Shown: piece after piece, positions 19,633-27,732 of the stretch | Position numbering within the stretch: position 1 is the stretch's first letter | How the letters are laid out: each line of letters starts with the position of its first letter | Source of the DNA: an uncultured Eubacteriales bacterium | Lineage (GTDB): Bacteria; Bacillota; Clostridia; Christensenellales; CAG-138 | Direction: 5' to 3' | Assembly (NCBI GenBank): GCA_902768795.1 | Contig: CACXMS010000004.1 | Coordinates: 109,479-173,478, forward strand | Length of the DNA: 64,000 bases | Notes under the pieces: generated by a model | The model's input: the letters and a program-made list of their open reading frames with translations, nothing else | Database searches by the model: none | Told to the model about the DNA's origin: nothing | Position numbers and translations under genes: made by a program

Positions 19633-21051
19633 ATGATTTCCCTGATTTTATCCTTTGCGGTGCTGGTTGCCGGATACTTTCTTTACGGTCGTCTGACGGA
19701 GAAGGTGTTCGCGCCGGACGGCAGGCAGACCCCTGCCTATCTGAAACGGGACGGCGTGGACTTTATTCCGATGCCGACCTGGAAGGCCTTTCTGGTTCAG
19801 CTTCTGAACATCGCCGGAACGGGGCCGATCTTCGGCGCGCTGATGGGCGCGTGCTTCGGTCCGGTGGTATTTCTCTGGATCATTTTCGGCGCGGTGCTCG
19901 GCGGCGGCGTGCACGATTACATGTGCGGCATGATCTCGGAGCGGCACGACGGCGCTTCGATCGCGGAGCTTTCCGGCATCTACCTCGGCCCGGCGGCAAA
20001 GTGGATCATGCGCGTGTTCTCCGTGGTGCTGCTGCTTCTGACGGGCACGGTCTTCGTCAACTCGCCCGCGGCGCTGCTTGCGCGGCTCACGCCCGATTTT
20101 ATGAATGTGACCTTCTGGATCGTCGTGATCCTGATCTATTACGTTCTTGCGACGCTTCTGCCGATCGACAAGATTATCGGCAAGCTCTATCCGGTGTTCG
20201 GCGCGGTGCTGATCCTCATGGCGGTCGGCATTTTCGCCGGCATCCTGATCGGCGGCTACACGGTTCCCGAGATTACGCTCCGGGATCTGCATCCGGACGG
20301 ACTTCCGATCTGGCCGTTCATGTTCATCACCGTCGCCTGCGGCGCGATCTCCGGGTTCCACGCCACCCAGTCGCCGATGGTCGCAAAATGCATCAAGTCC
20401 GAAAAGCAGGGACGCAGAGTGTTTTACGGCGCAATGCTCTCGGAATCGATCATTGCGCTGATCTGGGCGGCCGGCGGCGTCGCGTTCTACGGCGCAACCG
20501 GCGGCCTGAACAACGCGCTGACCGAGCTCGGCCAGTCCGGAGCGGTCTATGACATCTCCACCGGCATGCTCGGGCCGGTCGGCGGGATTCTGGCAATCGT
20601 CGGCGTCATCGCCTGTCCGATCACGTCCGGCGACACGGCGTTCCGTTCGGCGCGTCTGATCCTGGCGGAAATCACAAAGCTCGATCAGAAGAAGATTGTA
20701 AACCGCCTCATCATCACCCTCCCGCTGCTGGGCGTCGGCGCCGTACTGACGCAGCTCGATTTCAACGTGCTCTGGCGCTACTTCTCCTGGGCAAATCAGA
20801 CGCTCGCGATGATTTCCCTCTGGGTCGCCACGTCGTACCTGCTCCGAAACGGCCGGCATAAGCTTTCAAGTCTGATGACCGCGCTCCCGGCGGCGTTTAT
20901 GACGGCGGTCAGCACGACCTATATTCTGATGGCGCAGGAGGGATTCCGGCTCGACGCCGCGATCGGCTATCCCGTCGGCATTGCGGCGGCCGCCGCGCTC
21001 TTTGCCTTCTATCTGGTCTTTCTGATCCGGCAAAAGCCATCCGCAGAATAG
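19633..21051 (+). CDS. cstA: carbon starvation protein CstA family transporter
   Basis: 472 aa polytopic protein. N-terminal block GRLTEKVF....TPA......DGVDF.P...W.....Q..NIAGTGPI.GA typical of CstA. Confidence 0.8.
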   Translation: MISLILSFAVLVAGYFLYGRLTEKVFAPDGRQTPAYLKRDGVDFIPMPTWKAFLVQLLNIAGTGPIFGALMGACFGPVVFLWIIFGAVLGGGVHDYMCGMISERHDGASIAELSGIYLGPAAKWIMRVFSVVLLLLTGTVFVNSPAALLARLTPDFMNVTFWIVVILIYYVLATLLPIDKIIGKLYPVFGAVLILMAVGIFAGILIGGYTVPEITLRDLHPDGLPIWPFMFITVACGAISGFHATQSPMVAKCIKSEKQGRRVFYGAMLSESIIALIWAAGGVAFYGATGGLNNALTELGQSGAVYDISTGMLGPVGGILAIVGVIACPITSGDTAFRSARLILAEITKLDQKKIVNRLIITLPLLGVGAVLTQLDFNVLWRYFSWANQTLAMISLWVATSYLLRNGRHKLSSLMTALPAAFMTAVSTTYILMAQEGFRLDAAIGYPVGIAAAAALFAFYLVFLIRQKPSAE

Positions 21052-21060
21052 CAAAATTTT

Positions 21061-21190
21061 GCGTGTCAAAAAACCTCTTGACACGCTGCACAGGCTGTTG
21101 ATAAGGGAGGCAGAATTCGCGTTTTCGTCCAGAAGATAGTACTGATGCTACATCGAGGGCGAAAACGCGGATCGTTTGCGGCGAATTTTC
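21061..21190. repeat. palindromic element copy 2 plus ~100-bp extension homologous to 55210-55335
   Basis: GCGTGTCAAAAAACCTCTTGACACGCTGCACAGGCTG..., then stem CGCGTTTTCG/CGAAAACGCG around GATGCTACATCGAG. Confidence 0.65.
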
Positions 21191-21291
21191 AATCCAAAAA
21201 AGGGCTTCAGAGGCTTTCTGTCAAGGGGGATTTCAAAAGCACAGTCTTTGCGAAAAGGCTGTGCTTTGTCCACTTTTATTTTTCACAATGC

Positions 21292-21870
21292 TTAATATGA
21301 TATAGATGATACGTCGATTTTCTTTAAATAATACCAATATGGTACGTCTTGCAGTTTAGTCCAATAGTTATCCTCACTTGAATGCAAAGCATCATAGAAA
21401 GTGGTTCTTTCCATTCCTCCGAACCCGTTTTGCGCCGAATAATCAATTGTGATGCCTACATACTTTTTCTTTTGCTCTTCACTCATCCACGATGATGTTG
21501 GCTCATGAAATTTAACCCCATGAATTTGTAATGATGCTGGATTTTTTAGTTGCCCCTTAAGGTGTTTTATAGCTAACGGATAATTTAATTTAGCCCAGAA
21601 CAATATTTGGCATTCTTCAATATACTGTGCTGAATCTTTATAGCTTTTAATCTGTTCGAATTTAGACTTTGCACCAGAGAAGTCACATTTTTCCATCCTC
21701 TCTTTTGCTTCTTGATAGATATCTTCGTTTTTCTCCTCTTGGGATTTTACATATGGCGTTTCTGTCGGTGCTTCGGTTTCTGCCGGTCCAATATGGATTG
21801 TGATGCTTTTACAAGAACAAAGGATGATTAGGAAAACTGCTACAAGGGTAAGACACACTATGCGCTTCAT
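21292..21870 (-). CDS. lipoprotein (function unknown), low-GC islet
   Basis: Lipobox LIILCSC, AT-rich codon usage unlike the flanking genes. Confidence 0.55.
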   Translation of the reverse strand: MKRIVCLTLVAVFLIILCSCKSITIHIGPAETEAPTETPYVKSQEEKNEDIYQEAKERMEKCDFSGAKSKFEQIKSYKDSAQYIEECQILFWAKLNYPLAIKHLKGQLKNPASLQIHGVKFHEPTSSWMSEEQKKKYVGITIDYSAQNGFGGMERTTFYDALHSSEDNYWTKLQDVPYWYYLKKIDVSSISY

Positions 21871-22091
21871 TGCTTCTTATCCTTTCTGAAAAACACGATT
21901 TTTTCCTGTACGGTCATTGAGTATCCCAACTGCTTGCATTTTTTAGCAAGCGCAGATCTTTTCAAAATATAATCAATCTTTTTCGGTAATGGAATACCCG
22001 TCTTTTTTTCATATTGCTCATCTGTTAATGAAAAGTCTTTGTTAGAAGCGAATAACGAGTTTAAGTTTTCTAATTTCGGATGTTTGCCCAT
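21867..22091 (-). CDS. small hypothetical protein, low-GC islet
   Basis: About 74 aa from MGKHPKLENL. The stop overlaps the lipoprotein start. Divergent from the XRE gene. Confidence 0.4.
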   Translation of the reverse strand: MGKHPKLENLNSLFASNKDFSLTDEQYEKKTGIPLPKKIDYILKRSALAKKCKQLGYSMTVQEKIVFFRKDKKQ

Positions 22092-22184
22092 ACCCTTTCT
22101 CCTTTTTTCTTTCATTATAGTCTAGATAACGACCATAGTCAAGAAAGAAATCAGAAAATACAATGCAATCATGGAGGTGAAAAT

Positions 22185-22403
22185 ATGATCGTCTATGAGC
22201 CGTTTTGGAATACATTGAAAGCGTCCGGTGAATCGACTTATACGTTGATTGTAAAGCATCATCTATCCAGTTCGACCATAGACAAACTGCGAAAAAACAA
22301 ACCATTAAATACGACAACAATAAACGACTTATGTCGAATCTTGGATTGTTCAGTAGAGCAAATCATGCAATATGTACCTTCAAATACAGATCAGATATTA
22401 TAA
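22185..22403 (+). CDS. XRE/Cro-type helix-turn-helix regulator
   Basis: 72 aa from MIVYEPFWNTLKASGESTYTLIVKH.LSSSTIDKLRKNKPLNTTTINDLCRILDCSVEQIMQYVP, preceded by a GGAGGTGA RBS. Confidence 0.7.
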   Translation: MIVYEPFWNTLKASGESTYTLIVKHHLSSSTIDKLRKNKPLNTTTINDLCRILDCSVEQIMQYVPSNTDQIL

Positions 22404-22823
22404 ACGGAATGCAGATGATGCAATCCGTTTTCCTTTGTATGGGAAATCCATACGCACGTCCCGATGCATCAGGGTATCACCGCCGCATGGTGGTGTATAA
22501 GTGCGCTCTTACGGTAAAAACGAGCTCCCCTTGTCAGGGGAGCCGGATCGCGAAGCGAGACTGAGGGGTAGTCATCTCTCCCTCCGTCACCTATCGGTGA
22601 CACCTCCCTCGTCAGAGGGAGGTCGAATCGTCATGCTGCAAGCTGTTGCGGCTGTTTGAAAACCACCCTTTTGAGAGTAGCTCTTCAAGGGAAGGTTTTT
22701 TCTTCGGTAAGGTTTGAAAAACACCCTTTACAGAATAGTTCTTCCCGGCCCTTTCAACCTACAGCAGTTCTATCATACATCCTCGCCGCAAACAGTCTGA
22801 CCCCTTTTCCGACGGCCTGCTGT

Positions 22824-23969
22824 TTACGGATCGATCTCCAGTTCTTTGAGCAGCTTCACGCGCTGCGCGCCGCGCTCATAGTCCTTTCCGAGCTGCGCGC
22901 CGTTTCGCTTCATCCGAATGCCCTGCCCGATGTATCGGAAAATCTGATAGATCCAGCAGAACGGCTTCAGCCACCGGTGCTTGCGGTACGCTTTCCAGTT
23001 GTCCTCTCCCGCCTGTTGCAGATATCGGAAAACGCCCTTCTGCCGCAGATTGGCAACGGCGGCTTCCACCCGCCTGCCGTCCGGACGCTTGAAACCGAAA
23101 TTGCCCGACAAAAACACGCTCTCCATCAGCTCCTCGCAGAGCTGCGGATCGGCGTCCCGACACCAGGTGAGCCGCTCCGAAAGCCCGAGATACCTTTGGC
23201 AAAGCCGCGTCGCCACCACCGCGATCGTCTCAAGGCCGCACGCCCGCGCCGCCGCGCCGAACGCGCTCTCCCAAAAAGCATCGTCCAGCTCCCGGTCCGC
23301 ATACAGCATCCAGTCAATGATCTGCCTCAGCCCGAGCCCGACGCGAAGATGCTGCCCCATGTGCGTCAGCAGCACCAGCCCGTTTTCGAGCTTCGGCAGC
23401 ATCGGAAACGATGTGCCGAGAAGCCGGGCGGTCTCGGCATGCTCCGCGCCCTTCTGGATATACGATTCCGTGACCGTTTCGCCCTCGCAGAAAAACCGGT
23501 GCATCTCAAACAGCACGTTGTCCCGGATCACGTCGATGTGCCGCGGGTACGTCGGATCCTCCCGGACCGTGTATCCGCTCTGCAGCAGCAGCGCCCTCGC
23601 GCGGTCAAAATGCGCTTTCGGCACCAGAAAATCGATGTCCCCCGTCGTACGCCGGGCCGGATTCGGATAATAGATCGCCGCGGCCGAGCCCTTGAGAATG
23701 ACCGCCGGAACGCCGTTTTTCTGCAGGATCGCGCAAAGCGCGCTCTGATAGTGCAGACTGCGGATCACGCCCGCCGTGACGGTGTTCAGGTGTTCCTTCC
23801 AGGCCCGCCGCACGTCCTCCGGCGCCGCGTCGATCGCAAGACCGAGCACGGCCTGCTCCTCGGCTTCCCGCAGCACCGCGTTCCAGTCCGTGTCCGCGGG
23901 AATCCCGTGATTCGTCTGAAACAGGGAATTCTGCAGAATCTGCAGCAGCGTCTGTTGTGCCTGTGTCAT
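22824..23969 (-). CDS. uncharacterised nucleotidyltransferase-family protein (NTP_transf_5-like)
   Basis: 381 aa. GDIDFLV and DVIRDNVLFEMH resemble the PF14907-type nucleotidyltransferase fold. Assignment from memory of the family. Confidence 0.5.
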   Translation of the reverse strand: MTQAQQTLLQILQNSLFQTNHGIPADTDWNAVLREAEEQAVLGLAIDAAPEDVRRAWKEHLNTVTAGVIRSLHYQSALCAILQKNGVPAVILKGSAAAIYYPNPARRTTGDIDFLVPKAHFDRARALLLQSGYTVREDPTYPRHIDVIRDNVLFEMHRFFCEGETVTESYIQKGAEHAETARLLGTSFPMLPKLENGLVLLTHMGQHLRVGLGLRQIIDWMLYADRELDDAFWESAFGAAARACGLETIAVVATRLCQRYLGLSERLTWCRDADPQLCEELMESVFLSGNFGFKRPDGRRVEAAVANLRQKGVFRYLQQAGEDNWKAYRKHRWLKPFCWIYQIFRYIGQGIRMKRNGAQLGKDYERGAQRVKLLKELEIDP

Positions 23970-24074
23970 ATTGTTCTCCGATGCGATGATATTAACAGTA
24001 TTGTACCACTCCCTGCGCGTTTTTCAATATCGGATCGCCGATTTCCCCGAAAACGCGCAATCCCGCCGCAAAAA

Positions 24075-24150
24075 AAGAAAAGACGGGGTTTCCGTCTTTT
24101 CGTCTTACAGAAATCTGTCGAAAACGGTCGGGCGCCTTTTGCGGCGATCC
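24075..24150. repeat. convergent-gene spacer element, copy D (lacks the CCTGCAAGTATTCTT core)
   Basis: AAGAAAAGACGGGGTTTCCGTCTTTTCGTCTTACAGAAATCTGTCGAAAACGGTCGGGCGCCTTTTGCGGCG. Confidence 0.5.
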
Positions 24151-24154
24151 TTCA

Positions 24155-24361
24155 TCATTCATGCGCTTCGTTTTCGTCCTTGTCCATATACCGGGCGCGA
24201 TTGAACCGGTCGTTCAGATCGGCCACGTTTTCCGTGATCCGCTCCTGCTCGGGCTGGGTCTGCCCCTTCTTCTTTGCGCGCCACGCCAGAAGAAACCCGA
24301 CGGCGAAAACCGCTGCGACGACGATCATGATCCCGACAAACAACCATCCGAAAAAGCCCAT
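24155..24361 (-). CDS. small single-pass membrane protein
   Basis: 68 aa with N-terminal TM FFGWLFVGIMIVVAAVFAVGFLLAW followed by a charged tail. Confidence 0.4.
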   Translation of the reverse strand: MGFFGWLFVGIMIVVAAVFAVGFLLAWRAKKKGQTQPEQERITENVADLNDRFNRARYMDKDENEAHE

Positions 24362-24450
24362 ACCCTTAGTCCTATCCTCCTGTTCTGTATTACGCTTTGC
24401 GGTGCGTCTTTTGCGGGGATATTACCATATTCCGGCGCGCCTGTCAAGAA

Positions 24451-25194
24451 TTATCGCTTCGGGAAGCGTTTCGGCGCGGTAAACAGGATCAGCGCGTACA
24501 GGACAAACGCGAAGGTCTTATGAATCGGCCACTGCGAAACCGCCGCGGACAGGGGAAGCCGGCGAAGCTGCGTGAAGCAATACGATCTGATCGGATACCC
24601 GTCCGGCAGCCCGCCGCCGATCGACATCCCGGCAAGCAGCGCGCTGACGGCGGGCGACAGCAGCGCCAGCAGTACGGCGCATACGCCAAGCGCGATCGCA
24701 AAGCCCTTCTTCTTCGCGCCGAGCGCAATGCACGCCAGGATCAGCAAAAGACACTCGATCCCGAACGGAATCGCCGCGTAAAGATTGCTGTAAGGCCGCG
24801 ACGCAAGAAGCGGCTCAATCGCCAGCCCGACGCCGACAAAGCCCGCGCCGATCGCGCAGAGGATCAGCGGGATCGCTTTTTTGGGCAGCAGCGCGCAAAA
24901 AACCGGCAGCAAAAACGCGACCAGATACGGGATCCAGCGCAGCGCAAACTGCGCCGGATCGCGCGGGATCAGCAGCATCCAGTTCAGCGCCGTCGGAACG
25001 GACCAGATCGGGACCGACTCGTCGCCGAACGCCCGCATCAGCCGGTTGCCGAGGACATACGCCGGGTCTTCGGGGCGCATCGTTCCCCGGATCTCAATGT
25101 ATTTCAGAACGGTTTCCGCCGCCAGACCGATCAGAAAGACGGTCAGCAAAATCCAGAACAGCGCCCACATCGGTTTGTTTTTTTGCTTTGCCAT
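24451..25194 (-). CDS. multi-pass membrane protein (function unknown)
   Basis: 247 aa, about 7 hydrophobic segments. Confidence 0.5.
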   Translation of the reverse strand: MAKQKNKPMWALFWILLTVFLIGLAAETVLKYIEIRGTMRPEDPAYVLGNRLMRAFGDESVPIWSVPTALNWMLLIPRDPAQFALRWIPYLVAFLLPVFCALLPKKAIPLILCAIGAGFVGVGLAIEPLLASRPYSNLYAAIPFGIECLLLILACIALGAKKKGFAIALGVCAVLLALLSPAVSALLAGMSIGGGLPDGYPIRSYCFTQLRRLPLSAAVSQWPIHKTFAFVLYALILFTAPKRFPKR

Positions 25195-25560
25195 GGGGAT
25201 TTCTCCTTATAGAACTGTTTTCAGAAACCAAAACCGGAAGCGATCCGCTGCCGCACCAGGTTCGAGCCGATCTGATCGACGTCCCTTTTCAAAATTCTTT
25301 GTTTGCTGTTGACGGAATGGGCCTGACCCGCGTATGCAACGTGCAAATACGGCGCAAAATCACTTTACCGTTACAGCATTTCCCTGTGTCGTCAGACCAT
25401 AATGGTACGAGAGCTTTTCTCCCTCGCCAGCTTTTCTTTCCTCGCCCGTATCACGCTGTCCCGTTCGATTATGACCCTATAGAATGTAACCGTTGTTGTA
25501 TCGGGATGCGTTTCCGCTTCCCTGCTTCCTCCGAAAAGTCCCTAATTCTGGACGTTTTGC

Positions 25561-25605
25561 TTATTTGAAGTATCTCTCCAGCAGTCCCTTGAACGCCTTG
25601 CCGCG
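25561..25605 (-). pseudogene. relic of a rubrerythrin 3' end (RGKAFKGLLERYFK-stop)
   Basis: The translated fragment matches the C-terminus of the intact rubrerythrin at 25829-26374 ([15 protein letters not shown]-stop). It lies immediately downstream of the 70-aa ORF. Confidence 0.5.
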
Positions 25606-25606
25606 G

Positions 25607-25819
25607 CTAACCCAGATGAGGATAGTTCTCTTTGACAAACGCCCAATAATCTTCAACCATGTTGTGATCTTCCTGCCACCAATGGCACTTTTGAATCACT
25701 TCTTCGTCCGTCATCTCTGAAATCTTTTTCAGACGATAGCGGAAAACGCGGTGATGTTTAAAGTACGCTCTTGCTGCGTCCGCGTAGTCCTTGGTGATGT
25801 TTTGATACGGCTCGGTCAT
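25607..25819 (-). CDS. hypothetical 70-aa protein
   Basis: Intact ORF with lower GC than its neighbours, bracketed by the rubrerythrin gene and a rubrerythrin 3' relic. Confidence 0.4.
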   Translation of the reverse strand: MTEPYQNITKDYADAARAYFKHHRVFRYRLKKISEMTDEEVIQKCHWWQEDHNMVEDYWAFVKENYPHLG

Positions 25820-25828
25820 TTGGTTCTA

Positions 25829-26374
25829 TCAGCCGAAGTACCGCTTTAAAAGTCCTGCAAACGCTTTTCCATGCCTTGCCTCGTCGCGCGCCATTTCATG
25901 GACGGTGTCGTGGATCGCGTCAAGGTTCAGCGCCTTTGCGCGCTTGGCAAGGTCGGTCTTGCCCGCGGTCGCGCCGTTCTCGGCTTCGACGCGCATTTCA
26001 AGGTTCTTTTTGGTGGAATCGGTCACGACTTCGCCAAGGAGCTCCGCGAACTTTGCCGCGTGCTCGGCTTCCTCATACGCCGCCTTCTCCCAATAGAGGC
26101 CGATCTCCGGGTAGCCCTCGCGGAACGCGACGCGCGCCATCGCAAGGTACATGCCGACCTCGGAGCACTCGCCCTGGAAATTGTTGCGAAGGTCCGCCAA
26201 GATGTCCTCGGGCACGCCCTGCGCGACGCCGACGACATGCTCCGCCGCCCACGTCATTTCGCCGGCCTGCTCCTGGAACTTCGAAGCGGGCGCCTTGCAC
26301 TGCGGGCAGCGCTCCGGCGGGGTCGCTCCTTCGTGTACGTAACCGCAAACCATGCAGATCCACTTTTTGTTCAT
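25829..26374 (-). CDS. rbr: reverse rubrerythrin (N-terminal rubredoxin-like domain plus ferritin-like di-iron domain)
   Basis: N-terminal CMVCGY...CPQC rubredoxin motif followed by ExxH di-iron motifs (EEAEHA, ARDEARH). Confidence 0.9.
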   Translation of the reverse strand: MNKKWICMVCGYVHEGATPPERCPQCKAPASKFQEQAGEMTWAAEHVVGVAQGVPEDILADLRNNFQGECSEVGMYLAMARVAFREGYPEIGLYWEKAAYEEAEHAAKFAELLGEVVTDSTKKNLEMRVEAENGATAGKTDLAKRAKALNLDAIHDTVHEMARDEARHGKAFAGLLKRYFG

Positions 26375-26655
26375 CTATGATTTCCTCCTGTTTTTTCTTT
26401 CTTATTATTTTACTTGCTTTTCACGAATTCGTCAACAACATTTGCAAAAAATCCCGAAACCCGGCGCGTCTTTTGCCGTTCGGACCGAAAAACCGGCGAT
26501 TCTACTCCCGGTAGAGCCGTTTTTTTCGATTCTACCGCGTGCGTTTTCGGAATAGGGCGCGTTGCCCGACCGATAGATTGACGCGGGCGGGTTTGGTCGG
26601 ATATGCTATTGTGCGAAAAAATACGTACGCATTCAGGCGGAAGGAGGTTTTTCCT

Positions 26656-27522
26656 ATGGCAGGTTTTCAGATTTTTGCGGACGCGGCATGCGATATCCCC
26701 GAAGCGACCCTCAAAGAGTGGGGCGTTGCAATGGTCGACATGACCTACCGCTTCACGGATGAGAACGACGAGCGGTTCAACAGCAAAACCGACATCCCGG
26801 ATTTCTACAACCAGATGCGCGCGGGCCGCTGCTCCCGCACCTCGGCGATCAATATGGCGACGTTTCTCGACGCGTTCCGGCCCACGCTCGAAGCGGGCAG
26901 GGATCTGCTCTACGTCGCGTTCTCCTCAGGCGGCTCGACGACCTATGAGCAATCGCTCGCGGCAGTCAAGCTTTTGAAAAAGGAGTTTCCGGAGCGCACG
27001 ATCCTTTCGGTCGACTCGCTCGCATTCTCGGGCGGTCTCGGGCTTTTGGTGTACCTGACCGCGAAAAAGCAGCAGGAAGGCGCTTCGATCGAGGAGACGT
27101 TCCGCTATGTGGAGGAAACGCGGCTGCATGTCTGCCACTGGTTCACGGTCGACGATCTCGTGTATCTGAAGCGCGGCGGACGCATCAGCACAACGACCGC
27201 GCTCGTCGGCGCCATGCTCGGCATCAAGCCGGTGCTGCACGTGGACGACGAGGGGCACCTGGTCAGCATGTCCAAGGCGCGCAGCCGCCGCCGCTCGCTC
27301 AAGGCGCTTGCCGACAAATTTGCCGATACCGCAATCGACGCCGCAAACGGCCCCGTATTCATCTGCCACGGCGACGCCGCCGAGGACGCCGCGCTGCTGC
27401 GCGATATGGTCCGCGAGATTTCCGGCAAGGACGTCGAGCTGCTGTCGTTCATCGGACCCGTGATCGGTTCGCACTCCGGTCCCGGCACGATGGCGCTGTT
27501 CTTCCTCGGAACGCAGCGGTAA
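26656..27522 (+). CDS. DegV-family fatty-acid-binding protein
   Basis: 288 aa. Typical DegV N-terminus (IFADAACDIP) and the SGG/ST motifs. RBS GGAAGGAGG. Confidence 0.9.
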   Translation: MAGFQIFADAACDIPEATLKEWGVAMVDMTYRFTDENDERFNSKTDIPDFYNQMRAGRCSRTSAINMATFLDAFRPTLEAGRDLLYVAFSSGGSTTYEQSLAAVKLLKKEFPERTILSVDSLAFSGGLGLLVYLTAKKQQEGASIEETFRYVEETRLHVCHWFTVDDLVYLKRGGRISTTTALVGAMLGIKPVLHVDDEGHLVSMSKARSRRRSLKALADKFADTAIDAANGPVFICHGDAAEDAALLRDMVREISGKDVELLSFIGPVIGSHSGPGTMALFFLGTQR

Positions 27523-27593
27523 TCCGGGCGGCTGCCGTAAAAGGGGAAGATCATTTTCGGCGGGTTTTTGAAAAGCTTTCCGCCGGCCTTTCT

Positions 27594-27622
27594 CAGCGTG
27601 TCAAAGCATATTTGACACGCTG
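27594..27622. repeat. palindromic element copy 3 (likely the degV terminator)
   Basis: CAGCGTGTCAAAGCATATTTGACACGCTG followed by ATTTTT. Confidence 0.7.
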
Positions 27623-27732
27623 ATTTTTCGTTTTTTTCCCGATCCCGGTTTTTCCGATTGCAAATCCCTCCGGTTTCCTGTATAATAGCGTCAGGATTCC
27701 ATAAGTGTTTTCAGATCGGGAGGAAAAGCATC

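Noticed and set aside
22654-22744. Possible CRISPR array
   Set aside because: There are only two imperfect 33-bp repeats, a 25-bp spacer, and no cas genes or further repeats in the window. It does not meet CRISPR criteria.
22656-24482. 608-aa + strand ORF starting with a non-ATG codon
   Set aside because: It overlaps the nucleotidyltransferase-family gene and the small membrane protein gene in antisense and spans obvious non-coding repeats.
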